From Alphaproteobacteria bacterium (GTDB lineage: Bacteria; Pseudomonadota; Alphaproteobacteria; CAAHEQ01; UBA3637): a stretch of DNA of 64,000 nt. The notes below the pieces were generated by a model. It was not told where the DNA came from and made no database searches. It saw only the letters and a program-made list of their open reading frames with translations. The first letter of the stretch is position 1, and the number at the start of each line of letters is the position of its first letter. Shown here in pieces: positions 28,467 to 38,408 of the stretch. The position numbers were made by a program, and so were the translations under genes. Location: positions 169,944-233,943 of the forward strand of contig JAZUQR010000027.1 of the NCBI GenBank assembly GCA_045605805.1. Reading direction: 5' to 3'.

Positions 28467-30428
28467 TTATTTTTGTTGAATCATCTCTTTGGCAAGACGC
28501 AAAACATTTTCCTTTGTAAAGCCATATTTGATAAAATTATCTTTGGCTGGTGCGCTTTGACCAAAACAATCCATTCCTAAAATCACATCCTGTTCCCGCT
28601 TAAACGGATACCACGACAAAGCACTGCCGGCTTCAATAAACAAACGGGGAGCATCGCCTAAAATATATTGTTGTTCCCGAACAGATTGCTTAAAAAACAA
28701 ATCCCAACACGGCACAGACACCACAGCCACATCCATCCCTTCTTCAACCAAGGTGGCAAAAGCCTGTAAAGCCAAAGCAACCTCCGACCCACTGGCCACA
28801 AAAGTCAATTGGCGTTTTTTCAAAGGCTGCCGCAAAATATAAGCCCCTTTTTGCACCAAATTATCACCGGCATCTCTGCGAACAGTAGGCAGATTTTGTC
28901 TGGACAACACAATACAAGAAGGTCCATCAGTTTTCAAAGCCACCTCATAACTTTCCACAGTTTCAATGGCACCAGCCGGCCGAAAAACGGTTAAATTCGG
29001 CATCGCACGCAGCGAAACAAGATGTTCCACAGGTTGATGAGTCGGCCCATCTTCCCCTGCCCCAATGGAATCATGCGTAAAAATAAACAATTCTTTTAAG
29101 TTCTGTAAAGCTGCCATCCGAATAGCCGGTCGCATATAATCAGAAAAGGCAAAAAAAGTGCTGGAATAAGGCAGATATCCGCCATGTGCCGCAATACCGT
29201 TGGAAATAGCCCCCATGGCATGTTCCCGCACACCATAGTTGATATAGTTGCCCGAATAATCCCCCGCACAAATTGGTTTAGAAGCACTTGTCTTGGTTAA
29301 ATTACTGGCCCCCAAATCAGCCGAGCCCCCCATCAAAGCCGGTATCTTTTCCAACATTTTTTGCAAAACAATCTGTCCTGTCTTACGAGTAGCTATTTCT
29401 GGTTTTTCCTTCAAAAATTGTTGTTTAATCTCTTGAAATAAAGAAGAAGTATCATCAGGTAAAACCCCTTGCATCCGATTGATAAAATCTTGATTTTGAT
29501 TGGCTTTTTCAATCCATTTCTGATATTCTTTTTCATATTTAACACTTGTTTCACGCCACATATCATAAAGTTCATTTGGCATTTCAAACGCAGGTTTATT
29601 CCAATTCATATTTTGCCTAAATTGAGCCATTCCTTTTCCCAAAGGCGAGCCATGCACTTTGGAAGTATTTTCCAACTCCCCTGCCCCAAAACCAATGCGT
29701 GTATGACAATCAATAAGCGTTGGTTTCTTGGCAGATTGTGCTTTATATAAAACTTTTTCAATAGATTTATAATCATGTCCATCACAGCTTAAAACCTGCC
29801 AACCATTGGCTTCAAAGCGTTTTTTCATATCTGTTTTGGTGGCAATATCTGTGTGGCCGTCAATGGTAATGGTATTATCATCCCAAAGCACAATTAAATT
29901 GTTTAAGTTTAACACACCGGCCAAACTGATGGCTTCCTCTGAAATACCTTCCATCAAACAACCATCCCCCACAAAGCAATAGGTTTTATGATTGACAAGT
30001 TCATCCCCAAAGGTGGCATTCATCATGCGTTCTGCCAAAGCCATGCCAACGGCCGAAGCAATTCCCTGTCCCAATGGGCCGGCCCCAAAATCAACACCAT
30101 TGATATGGGGTTCTGGATGTCCGGGAGTTAAAGAATCCTGTTGCCGAAAACGCTTTAATTCATCCATCGTTAAATCTTCAAAACCGGCAAAATGAAGGGT
30201 TGAATAAATCAAAGCCGAAGCATGTCCGTTTGAAAAAACAACTCTGTCCCGATTAAACCAAGCGGGATGTTTGGGGTGAAACTTCAAAAACCGATTATAT
30301 AAAACGGTCACAATATCCGCCATACCCAAAGCCGCCCCCGGATGGCCGGATTGCGCCTGTTCCACCATATCTGCCGACAATATACGCAAAGCGGTTGCCA
30401 TTTTCTTAAAATCTTGTTTCATAATCAA
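28467..30428 (-). CDS. tkt: Transketolase
   Basis: SGHPG, GDGCLMEG, THDSIGAGEDGPTHQP. Confidence 0.97.
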   Translation of the reverse strand: MIMKQDFKKMATALRILSADMVEQAQSGHPGAALGMADIVTVLYNRFLKFHPKHPAWFNRDRVVFSNGHASALIYSTLHFAGFEDLTMDELKRFRQQDSLTPGHPEPHINGVDFGAGPLGQGIASAVGMALAERMMNATFGDELVNHKTYCFVGDGCLMEGISEEAISLAGVLNLNNLIVLWDDNTITIDGHTDIATKTDMKKRFEANGWQVLSCDGHDYKSIEKVLYKAQSAKKPTLIDCHTRIGFGAGELENTSKVHGSPLGKGMAQFRQNMNWNKPAFEMPNELYDMWRETSVKYEKEYQKWIEKANQNQDFINRMQGVLPDDTSSLFQEIKQQFLKEKPEIATRKTGQIVLQKMLEKIPALMGGSADLGASNLTKTSASKPICAGDYSGNYINYGVREHAMGAISNGIAAHGGYLPYSSTFFAFSDYMRPAIRMAALQNLKELFIFTHDSIGAGEDGPTHQPVEHLVSLRAMPNLTVFRPAGAIETVESYEVALKTDGPSCIVLSRQNLPTVRRDAGDNLVQKGAYILRQPLKKRQLTFVASGSEVALALQAFATLVEEGMDVAVVSVPCWDLFFKQSVREQQYILGDAPRLFIEAGSALSWYPFKREQDVILGMDCFGQSAPAKDNFIKYGFTKENVLRLAKEMIQQK

Positions 30429-30976
30429 CTCCTTGTTTTCAAAAATAAAAATAAATTACGCCCTGCCGCCCGTTCTTTAAGAACCTCAAAAGTGTCTGGC
30501 ACAGCTTCGGGGGATTTTTTGTCTGTTTCCACAACCACCAAAGTCTCAGAATCAATCCACCCATGTTGGGTTAAAGCCAGCAAGGCTTGCGCCCATAATC
30601 CCTTACCATAAGGGGCATCCATAAACACAACGCGCATGGCCCGATTGGCTGGCATAGGATGTAAGACATCTGTTTTTTCAACAGGCGGCAAATGAAATAA
30701 CGCCCTGTTTTGATTCAAAATCTGCAAAGCAGAAACATCATTTTCCATAAAATATAAAGACTTCACACCCCGTGACCAAGCCTCCAAGCCCACAGAACCA
30801 GACCCAGCAAAAGCATCCAAGAAGCTAATCTGCCCCCAACCAAGGCCTTCTTGTAATCGCCATGATTCCAACATATTAAACAAAGTTTCTTTGGCTCTGT
30901 CCATCGTGGGTTGAGTTGTTTCTGTTAAAGGCGAAAAAAGTTTTTTACCTCTGGCTATTCCTGAAATAATACGCAC
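30425..30976 (-). CDS. rsmD: 16S rRNA m2G966 methyltransferase RsmD family
   Basis: MRIISG...PTMDRAKETLFNML, DAFAGSGSVGLEAWSRG, DAPY. Confidence 0.9.
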   Translation of the reverse strand: MRIISGIARGKKLFSPLTETTQPTMDRAKETLFNMLESWRLQEGLGWGQISFLDAFAGSGSVGLEAWSRGVKSLYFMENDVSALQILNQNRALFHLPPVEKTDVLHPMPANRAMRVVFMDAPYGKGLWAQALLALTQHGWIDSETLVVVETDKKSPEAVPDTFEVLKERAAGRNLFLFLKTRS

Positions 30977-31662
30977 GCAACCTCCTTTACTTCACCAACC
31001 TTCAAAGCCCCCAGCTGATAAGGACCATAAGCCACCCGAATCAACCGAGAAACCTCTAATCCAAAAAACTTCATCAAACGACGAATCTCTCTGTTTTTGC
31101 CTTCGGTTAAAGTAATTTGCAACCAAGTGTGTTTGCCTTGTATTTTTTCAACTACCAAGCGGGCAGGGGCATAGCGCACCCCATCAATCACAACACCTTT
31201 GGACAATTTTTCAACCATCTCTGGCTGAAACACACCAAACACCCGCACCCGATAGGTTCGTGGTAAATGAGACGAGGGCAATTCCACCTGTCTTGCCCAT
31301 TCACCATCATTGGTTAAAAGCAACAATCCTTCCGAATTCAGGTCTAACCGCCCCACAGAAATCACTCTGGGCAAGTCCTTGGGTAAAGCATCAAACACAG
31401 TGGGCCGCCCTTGCGGATCACGATGAGTGGTCACCAATCCAACGGGCTTATGATAAAGCCATACACGGGTTTTTTGTTTTTTATTCAATGGTTTATTATC
31501 AACCAAAATAACATCATTATTCCCAACTGTCACAGCTGGGGTTGTTAAAATCTGGCCATTCACAACCACCCGACCGGCCTGTATCCAGCGTTCAGCTTCA
31601 CGGCGAGAACATAATCCGGCATCCGCCATCTTTTTTGCAATTCGTTCTTTCTTTTCTGTCAT
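30955..31662 (-). CDS. rluB: RsuA/RluB-family rRNA pseudouridine synthase
   Basis: S4 domain (CSRREAE), VGRLDLNSEGLLLLTNDG, EGKNREIRR. Confidence 0.85.
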   Translation of the reverse strand: MTEKKERIAKKMADAGLCSRREAERWIQAGRVVVNGQILTTPAVTVGNNDVILVDNKPLNKKQKTRVWLYHKPVGLVTTHRDPQGRPTVFDALPKDLPRVISVGRLDLNSEGLLLLTNDGEWARQVELPSSHLPRTYRVRVFGVFQPEMVEKLSKGVVIDGVRYAPARLVVEKIQGKHTWLQITLTEGKNREIRRLMKFFGLEVSRLIRVAYGPYQLGALKVGEVKEVACVLFQE

Positions 31663-31683
31663 ATTTATGCTATTATACGCTTT

Positions 31684-32145
31684 ATGGAAGAAAAAGAAAG
31701 AAAAAAGATTATTTTAACTGCATTAAAAGAAGCAAGCAAGGCTTTTCATCAAGAAGAAGTCCCTGTGGGGGCAGTTATTTTTAACACAAAAACAGGTCAA
31801 ATTCTAAGCAAAGCCCATAATCTTGTGGAAAAACAAAAAAATCCATTAGCTCATGCCGAAATGTTGGTCTTGAAAAAGGCTTTATCAAAAGTGGAAGATA
31901 AGTTTTTAAGCGGTTATTCCATTTTTGTCACATTAGAACCATGTACCATGTGTGCTGGAGCAATTGCTTGGGCCAGATTGGATGCCCTATATTATGGCGC
32001 ACAGGATGCAAAAACAGGGGCAATAGAGCAGGGGACAAAGGTCTTTACCCATCCCCAAACACATCATAAAATAAAAACACAACTTTGGCCCAATCTGGAA
32101 TGTGGGGCTTTAATGACACAATTTTTCAAAAGGAAGCGCAAATGA
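31684..32145 (+). CDS. tadA: tRNA adenosine deaminase
   Basis: [22 protein letters not shown]. Confidence 0.9.
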   Translation: MEEKERKKIILTALKEASKAFHQEEVPVGAVIFNTKTGQILSKAHNLVEKQKNPLAHAEMLVLKKALSKVEDKFLSGYSIFVTLEPCTMCAGAIAWARLDALYYGAQDAKTGAIEQGTKVFTHPQTHHKIKTQLWPNLECGALMTQFFKRKRK

Positions 32146-33389
32146 GTGAACAACCGATTTTGTCTGTCACTGAAATCTCTTTGTCCTTAAAAAGTTGTGT
32201 AGAACAGGTTTTTGCTCACATCAAAGTGCGTGGAGAAGTGTCTGAAATCAAAAAAGCCACCTCTGGCCATATCTATTTTTCATTAAAAGATAAAGAATCT
32301 GTGCTATCATCCATTTGTTGGAAAGGCCACAGTTCGGCGGTGTTGCCCCACTTACAAGAAGGGTTGGAAATCATCTGCACAGGCAAACTCTCCACCTATC
32401 CGGGGCGTTCAAATTATCAAATGATTGTAGAATCGGCCGAACCGGCAGGAATAGGGGCTTTATTAAAACTGTTAAATGAACGAAAAGAAAAATTAGAAAA
32501 AGAAGGGCTATTTGATGCAAAACACAAAAAGCCCATTCCCTACCTGCCAAAAGTGATTGGAGTGATTACAAGCCCAACCGGTGCCGTCATTCGGGATATT
32601 ATCCATCGGGTCAGTGAACGCTTTCCTCGTCATATCATTGTGTGGCCGGTGGCGGTTCAAGGGGAAGGCTGTGCCGAACAGGTCACCTCTGCCATTCAAG
32701 GATTTAATCATCTACCAGAAAACGGCCCCATCCCCAAACCGGATGTTTTAATTGTAGCCAGAGGAGGGGGATCACTGGAAGACCTGTGGGGATTTAATGA
32801 AGAATGTGTGGTGCGGGCAGCCTTTGAATCAAAAATACCTTTAATCTCCGCTGTGGGGCATGAAACAGATACAACTCTCATTGATCTCGTGGCCGATTTA
32901 CGCTCTCCCACCCCAACAGGTGCGGCAGAGAAGGCTGTTCCTGTGCGTTTGGAAATTATGAACTTATTGAATAATAAAGAAAATTCGTTAAAAAACGGTC
33001 TGAATAGAAAACTCATTGAATCTAAATTAAAAATCCAAGCCTTAACCAATAAAATACCTAATTTAACTGAAATAATTCAAGGATTTATCCAAAAATTGGA
33101 TGATAAATCGGAAAGATTGGAATTGGCGTTAAAAAGATATCTGACCCATCAACAAGAACACTTCAAACACATCAGGGCGCTTTTAACTTCTTATTCTTAT
33201 GAATCGGTCTTAAAACGGGGTTTTGCCATCGTGTCAAGCCCAAATAAAGTGATTGTTGAAGCAAAAGAAGCCGGCTTACAAGAGATGTTAAATGTGCGTT
33301 TTTCAGATGGAACTATACAGGTTATCCCATTGAAAAATAAAGAAAATAAGCAAAAACAAATAAAGGTTGACGAACCCTCTCTTTTCTAA
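32142..33389 (+). CDS. xseA: Exodeoxyribonuclease VII large subunit
   Basis: [33 protein letters not shown] overlap with tadA. Confidence 0.96.
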   Translation: MSEQPILSVTEISLSLKSCVEQVFAHIKVRGEVSEIKKATSGHIYFSLKDKESVLSSICWKGHSSAVLPHLQEGLEIICTGKLSTYPGRSNYQMIVESAEPAGIGALLKLLNERKEKLEKEGLFDAKHKKPIPYLPKVIGVITSPTGAVIRDIIHRVSERFPRHIIVWPVAVQGEGCAEQVTSAIQGFNHLPENGPIPKPDVLIVARGGGSLEDLWGFNEECVVRAAFESKIPLISAVGHETDTTLIDLVADLRSPTPTGAAEKAVPVRLEIMNLLNNKENSLKNGLNRKLIESKLKIQALTNKIPNLTEIIQGFIQKLDDKSERLELALKRYLTHQQEHFKHIRALLTSYSYESVLKRGFAIVSSPNKVIVEAKEAGLQEMLNVRFSDGTIQVIPLKNKENKQKQIKVDEPSLF

Positions 33390-33391
33390 AT

Positions 33392-33444
33392 GTATACACA
33401 ATGTAATCACAGAATAAAAAAGGAAGTAATAACAAAGTATATAC
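33392..33444. promoter_or_regulatory. Two GTAWWHAC-AAW-GTAWWHAC putative operator sites upstream of the greA promoter
   Basis: GTATACAC-AAT-GTAATCAC (33392-33410) and GTAATAAC-AAA-GTATATAC (33426-33444). Promoter TTGACA(33474)-17-TATATT(33497). Confidence 0.5.
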
Positions 33445-33521
33445 ATTATAAAAAATAAAAAAGCCGATTTACCTTGACATTTGAAAAAAAATGCTGTATA
33501 TTCATTGTATTCTGAAAAAAA

Positions 33522-33558
33522 ACTGTGGCACTTGATGATTTGCCACAGTATCTTTTTT
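33522..33558 (+). terminator. Terminator-like hairpin in greA leader (attenuator)
   Basis: ACTGTGGCA-cttgatgatt-TGCCACAGT-atcTTTTTT between promoter and SD. Confidence 0.55.
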
Positions 33559-33581
33559 CACAAAATTGAAAGGAGTACAAA

Positions 33582-34058
33582 ATGGAAGAGAAAGTCCCTA
33601 TGACAAAAGCCGGTTTTGCCAGCTTAAACGAAGAATTAAAAAAATTGAAATATGAAGATCGTCCAAACATCATTGCGGCCATTGAAGAAGCCCGCAGCCG
33701 TGGCGATTTATCCGAAAATGCCGAATATCATTCCGCTCGTGAACAGCAAAGTTTTATTGAAGGGCGTATTCAAGATTTGGAAGGCGCACTTTCTCATGCC
33801 CAAGTTGTGGATACCGCTACTTTGTCCGGTGACAAGATTTTGTTTGGGGCCACTGTGGATGTATTAGATTGTGATACAGATGTCACATCCACCTATCAAA
33901 TTGTGGGACAATACGAAGCAAATCTTGAAAAAGGATTGATTTCTTTCATCTCCCCCCTTGCAAAAGCCTTAATTGGAAAACAATTAGGAGATATTGTTGA
34001 AGTCAATACACCAAAAGGCGAAAAAGCTTACGAGGTTGCCGCTGTTCGCTATCTATAA
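33582..34058 (+). CDS. greA: Transcription elongation factor GreA
   Basis: [24 protein letters not shown]. Confidence 0.97.
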   Translation: MEEKVPMTKAGFASLNEELKKLKYEDRPNIIAAIEEARSRGDLSENAEYHSAREQQSFIEGRIQDLEGALSHAQVVDTATLSGDKILFGATVDVLDCDTDVTSTYQIVGQYEANLEKGLISFISPLAKALIGKQLGDIVEVNTPKGEKAYEVAAVRYL

Positions 34059-34072
34059 AAAAGAATAAAATC

Positions 34073-34103
34073 AAAAAAACCTCCCAAAAAGGAGGTTTTT
34101 TTT
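34073..34103 (+). terminator. Intrinsic terminator after greA overlapping the trxB SD
   Basis: AAAAAAACCTCC-caaaaa-GGAGGTTTTTTTT immediately before ATG 34104. Confidence 0.7.
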
Positions 34104-35048
34104 ATGCAGACAGATATTTTAATTTTAGGCGCAGGCCCCGCTGGATTATCAGCCGCAATCTATGCCGGCAGAAGTGGTTATACCACCACCCTTTTAACAG
34201 GACCGGAAGAGGGCGGTAAATTGTCTTTAACAAATACAATAGAAAACTATCCAGGCTTTGAAAACATAAGTGGCTATCAATTGACACAAAACTTGAAAAA
34301 CCAAGCCATCAAAGCCCAAGTGCAAATCAAAAACGAAACAGCAATAAGCGTCAATGTAAAAACATATCCCTTTGAAATTACAACAGAAAAGGAATTATAT
34401 CACACCCAAAGTTTAATCATTGCAACCGGCTCTGTTGTAAACTGGCTCAATTTGAAATCAGAAGCAAGATTTAAGGGAAAAGGCATTTCTGTATGTGCCA
34501 TTTGCGATGGATTTTTTTATAAAAACAAAACCGTTGCAGTGATTGGAGGAGGCAATACAGCTATGTATGAAGCAATCCATTTGTCAAAAACCTCAAAAAA
34601 AGTTTTTATTATTTCAAATCAAGCCGCATTAAAAGGCGAGTTTGCCTTAAAAGAAAAAATCAAAAAAACAAATAATATCCACACCATTTTCAATGCAACA
34701 GTCATGGAGTTTGTGGGGCAAACAAAACTCACCCATCTAAAAATAAAAATAAAGGGCCAAGAACAGCCGCTTTTGCTGGCAGTGGATGGTTGCTTTGAAG
34801 CAGTTGGATTTTCGCCTGCAAGCCAGCTTTTTGAAAATCAACTAGCCATTTCAAACACAGGCTACATCCAAACAAATTGCACTTCTTATCAAACAAGTAT
34901 AGAAGGCATTTTTGCCTGTGGAGATATTCAAGAATCTAAAAACCGTCAAGCTATTATTGCGGCCGGCTCTGGCGCAAAAGCAGCCTTATCAGCCATAGAA
35001 TATCTGGAACAGAAAAGTTATCCCAAAACTTCCTTACTATATAAATAA
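34104..35048 (+). CDS. trxB: Thioredoxin reductase
   Basis: GAGPAGLSAA, SVCAICDGFF, GGGNTA, GIFACGD. Confidence 0.93.
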   Translation: MQTDILILGAGPAGLSAAIYAGRSGYTTTLLTGPEEGGKLSLTNTIENYPGFENISGYQLTQNLKNQAIKAQVQIKNETAISVNVKTYPFEITTEKELYHTQSLIIATGSVVNWLNLKSEARFKGKGISVCAICDGFFYKNKTVAVIGGGNTAMYEAIHLSKTSKKVFIISNQAALKGEFALKEKIKKTNNIHTIFNATVMEFVGQTKLTHLKIKIKGQEQPLLLAVDGCFEAVGFSPASQLFENQLAISNTGYIQTNCTSYQTSIEGIFACGDIQESKNRQAIIAAGSGAKAALSAIEYLEQKSYPKTSLLYK

Positions 35049-35340
35049 AATATATATATTTGTAGTAGTTATCTTGGGGATTGTGGGGATATTTTTTTGT
35101 AATTTTTCTTGACACGATTTTTACAAAGAATACGAATCGTTAAAAACAAAAGAAAAACGATAATTTTTTGTGTAAAAAAACGAATCGGAAGGGTAAAAAA
35201 CAGGCTGTGAATAAAAAACGCATAAAATAGGATAGAAAAACAAGACACCCTAAAATAATCCATTAAAAGAACGATTATCCACATTATAAAAAAGTTATCC
35301 TTGAAAAAAACAAAAAATGTGGATATAATTATCCACATGA
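35015..35340. other. Candidate replication origin (oriC)
   Basis: DnaA boxes TTATCCACA at 35275 and 35329, near-matches at 35018, 35084, 35206 and 35318. AT-rich tract at 35035-35062. Adjacent parS/parAB. Apparent switch in gene orientation and C-rich to G-rich plus strand here. Confidence 0.7.
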
Positions 35341-36023
35341 GAGAAATAGTATTAGATACAGAAACAACAGGTCTTGATCCTGAAACTGGGGACCGTATCG
35401 TTGAAATAGGGTGCGTTGAGCTTGTAAACCATATTCCAACGGGCAAAACCTATCATCAATACATCAATCCGGAACGCTCTATGAGCGAGGAAGTAATAGC
35501 CGTACACGGTTTAACAGAACAATTTTTGTCTGACAAGCCAAAGTTTGAAGAAATTGCCGACGATTTTTTGGCATTTGTTGGGGAAGATACATTAGTCATT
35601 CATAATGCTCCCTTTGATATGAAGTTTTTGAATTATGAATTAAACAAAGTAAATAGACCTTTGCTAAAATACGAACATGTGCTGGACACATTGGTGATGG
35701 CACGCAAAAAATACCCTGGTTCTCGTGTCAATTTGAATGAATTATGTAAAAGATTCAATGTAGATGCCTCCCGTAGAACAGTCCATGGAGCATTGCTGGA
35801 TAGTGAATTATTGGCCGATGTTTATTTGGCAATGATTCTGGATAAAGAATTGAAATTTTCACAACCCATTGAAAAAAAAGAAAAAAAAGATATCCACACA
35901 AATGTTTCACGTGAAACATTATCCCCAAGAAGTTTTGAATTATTAACTGAGGAACTGGAAGCTCATAAAGAGTTTTTGAAAAAAATTAAAAATCCTTTGT
36001 GGGAAAAATTATCCACAGAATAA
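35337..36023 (+). CDS. dnaQ: DNA polymerase III epsilon subunit
   Basis: MREIVLDTETTG, HNAPFD, HGALLDSELLA. Start reassigned to ATG 35337. Confidence 0.96.
   Translation: MREIVLDTETTGLDPETGDRIVEIGCVELVNHIPTGKTYHQYINPERSMSEEVIAVHGLTEQFLSDKPKFEEIADDFLAFVGEDTLVIHNAPFDMKFLNYELNKVNRPLLKYEHVLDTLVMARKKYPGSRVNLNELCKRFNVDASRRTVHGALLDSELLADVYLAMILDKELKFSQPIEKKEKKDIHTNVSRETLSPRSFELLTEELEAHKEFLKKIKNPLWEKLSTE
35903..35918. promoter_or_regulatory. parS site inside dnaQ
   Basis: Perfect palindrome TGTTTCACGTGAAACA. Confidence 0.9.
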
Positions 36024-36058
36024 AAAAAATAGAAAAATAATTTTATCCACATAAAAAA

Positions 36059-36074
36059 TGTTTCACGTGAAACA
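36059..36074. promoter_or_regulatory. parS site between dnaQ and rsmG
   Basis: Perfect TGTTTCACGTGAAACA; DnaA boxes at 36009 and 36043. Confidence 0.9.
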
Positions 36075-36162
36075 TTTTTTATTTTTTTATCATGAAAAAA
36101 CTTGAAAATATATTTTTTTTTAATATAATGTAGAAAAATATACATAAAAAAAGGAAATATAA

Positions 36163-36771
36163 ATGAAAACAAGGGCTGAATTGGAAAAAGAAATAACTCC
36201 TTGTGTTCCTCTGTTGAAAATGTATTGGGAACTTTTGTTAAAATGGCAAAAATCGGTCAATTTAATTTCGCCCAATACAATAAAAGACGGATGGGAACGG
36301 CATATTTTAGATTCTGCACAACTTTATTTTTTAATTGAAAATCAACAGCATATCTTGATGGATGTGGGCAGTGGCGGGGGTTTACCGGCCATTGTTTTGG
36401 CTATAATGAATAAAACATTAAATGGACCTTTGACAGAAATTATTTTGGTGGAATCTGATTTGAAAAAAAGTTTATTTTTGGCAGAATGTGCAAGACAGTT
36501 AAACTTAAAAATAAAAATTATGCGGGAACGGGTTGAAAAATTATCTTTAACGCCAGATGTGATAACAGCCCGTGCTTTTGCGCCCTTAAATGAATTATTA
36601 AAACTTATCCACACAAATGTTTCACGTGAAACAATTTTACTTTTACCAAAAGGAAAAAATGTGTCAGAAGAAATAACAAACAATACATATAAGTGTGAGA
36701 TTGAAAAAATAAAAAATATAATCAATTCAGATGGATGTGTTTTGAAAATAAGGGGGATAGAATATGACTAA
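36163..36771 (+). CDS. rsmG: 16S rRNA m7G527 methyltransferase (GidB)
   Basis: KWQKSVNLIS, RHILDSAQL, DVGSGGGLP, ITARAFAPL. Confidence 0.95.
   Translation: MKTRAELEKEITPCVPLLKMYWELLLKWQKSVNLISPNTIKDGWERHILDSAQLYFLIENQQHILMDVGSGGGLPAIVLAIMNKTLNGPLTEIILVESDLKKSLFLAECARQLNLKIKIMRERVEKLSLTPDVITARAFAPLNELLKLIHTNVSRETILLLPKGKNVSEEITNNTYKCEIEKIKNIINSDGCVLKIRGIEYD
36618..36633. promoter_or_regulatory. parS site inside rsmG
   Basis: Perfect TGTTTCACGTGAAACA preceded by TTATCCACA at 36605. Confidence 0.9.
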
Positions 36772-37546
36772 ACCAACAATTTTTGCTGTGTCAAATCAAA
36801 AAGGCGGTGTGGGAAAAACAACAACGGTGGTGAACTTGGCAACTGCCTTGTCGGCCTTAAGAAAAAAGATTTTAATTATTGACTTGGATCCGCAAGGAAA
36901 TGCCACAACAAGTTTGGGATTAAAACGTCAAATTGGTGGCAAAAGTTCTTACAGTGTCATGTTGGGACAATATAAGATAGAAGAAAGTATTTTAGAAACA
37001 GGGATTCCGTATCTGTACATCCTGCCTGCCAGTCAAGAGTTGTTAGGCGTTGATTTAGAATTGGCAGGTCAGGAAGGGTGTCAGTTTTTCTTCAAAAAAG
37101 CCTTAAATGAACTAAATAATTTTGATTATATTTTCTTTGATTGTCCGCCGGCGGTTGGAATGTTGACAATGAATGCCTTAGTGGCTGCCACAGATGTCAT
37201 TATCCCTATTCAGTGTGAATATCTGGCATTAGAAGGGGTGGCGGACTTATTAAAAACCATTGAAAAGGTTAGAAAAAACTTCAATCCAACCTTAAAAATC
37301 AAAGGAATATGTTTAACGATGTTTGATGGGCGATCTAACTTGTCTAAATCGGTGGTTCAAGATGTGCGTTCCTATTTTGGCGAGCTTGTTTTTGAAACAA
37401 TTGTGCCACGAAATGTGCGTATTCCGGAAGCCCCTTCCCATGGAAAACCGGTGATGTTATATGATTTCAAAAGTGTCGGCGCACAAAGCTATGTCCGCCT
37501 TGCAAAAGAAGTGTTAAACAGAGAAAAGGAGAAAACAAATGGATAA
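36764..37546 (+). CDS. parA: Chromosome partitioning ATPase ParA/Soj
   Basis: NQKGGVGKTTT, DLDPQGNAT, EAPSHGKP. Confidence 0.96.
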   Translation: MTKPTIFAVSNQKGGVGKTTTVVNLATALSALRKKILIIDLDPQGNATTSLGLKRQIGGKSSYSVMLGQYKIEESILETGIPYLYILPASQELLGVDLELAGQEGCQFFFKKALNELNNFDYIFFDCPPAVGMLTMNALVAATDVIIPIQCEYLALEGVADLLKTIEKVRKNFNPTLKIKGICLTMFDGRSNLSKSVVQDVRSYFGELVFETIVPRNVRIPEAPSHGKPVMLYDFKSVGAQSYVRLAKEVLNREKEKTNG

Positions 37547-38408
37547 AAGTTTAGGTCTTGGAAAAGGTTTAAGTGCCTTGATGGGGGATGATTTACCTTC
37601 GTTTAACCCTGTGATTCAAGAAACAGCCGAATCGTTGGATAAAATTATGATGGTAATGTTGGATTCTTTAACGCCCAGCCGCTTTCAACCCCGCCGAGTG
37701 TTTGAAGAAAACGCCTTAAATGATTTGGTTGAATCCATCCGAGAAAAGGGGGTTTTGCAACCCTTGTTGGTCCGTCCAAATCCCAATAAAGCGGGTTATG
37801 AAATTATTGCAGGCGAACGCAGATATCGTGCATCGCAAAAAGCAGGATTGACACAAATACCTGTTATCATTAAAAATTTTGATGATAAAAATGCATTAGA
37901 AGTGGCCTTGATTGAAAACCTTCAACGAGAGGATTTGAATGCGATTGAAGAAGCAGAGGCTTATGTGCGTCTGTTAAAAGAGTTTGATTATACACAGGAA
38001 GAATTATCCCGAGTGGTAGGAAAAAGCCGCAGTTATGTGGCGAATATGATGCGATTATTGGAATTACCTGAATCAGTGAAAAAAATGGTGGCTGAAAAAC
38101 AAATGACAGTTGGCCACGCAAGAACTTTACTCACTTCGCAAAATCCGGAAAAATTAGCCAAAGAAATTGTCAAAAAAGGGCTGAGTGTTCGGGAAACAGA
38201 ACGCCTTGTTTCTGAACCGAAAAAAATAATTAAAACACCTAAGGTGGAAAAAGATACAGATGTCGCCGCTTTGGAAAAAGATTTGTCTCAAATGTTGGGC
38301 GCACAGGTGTCTATCAAATGGAATGGTATCAAGGGAAGTGTGGTCATTCATTATGATAGTTTGGGAAAATTAGATACGATTTTGCAAAAATTAACGCAAC
38401 CCGCTTAA
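37539..38408 (+). CDS. parB: Chromosome partitioning protein ParB
   Basis: LGKGLSAL, QPRR, IIAGERRYRA, ENLQREDL. Confidence 0.96.
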   Translation: MDKSLGLGKGLSALMGDDLPSFNPVIQETAESLDKIMMVMLDSLTPSRFQPRRVFEENALNDLVESIREKGVLQPLLVRPNPNKAGYEIIAGERRYRASQKAGLTQIPVIIKNFDDKNALEVALIENLQREDLNAIEEAEAYVRLLKEFDYTQEELSRVVGKSRSYVANMMRLLELPESVKKMVAEKQMTVGHARTLLTSQNPEKLAKEIVKKGLSVRETERLVSEPKKIIKTPKVEKDTDVAALEKDLSQMLGAQVSIKWNGIKGSVVIHYDSLGKLDTILQKLTQPA

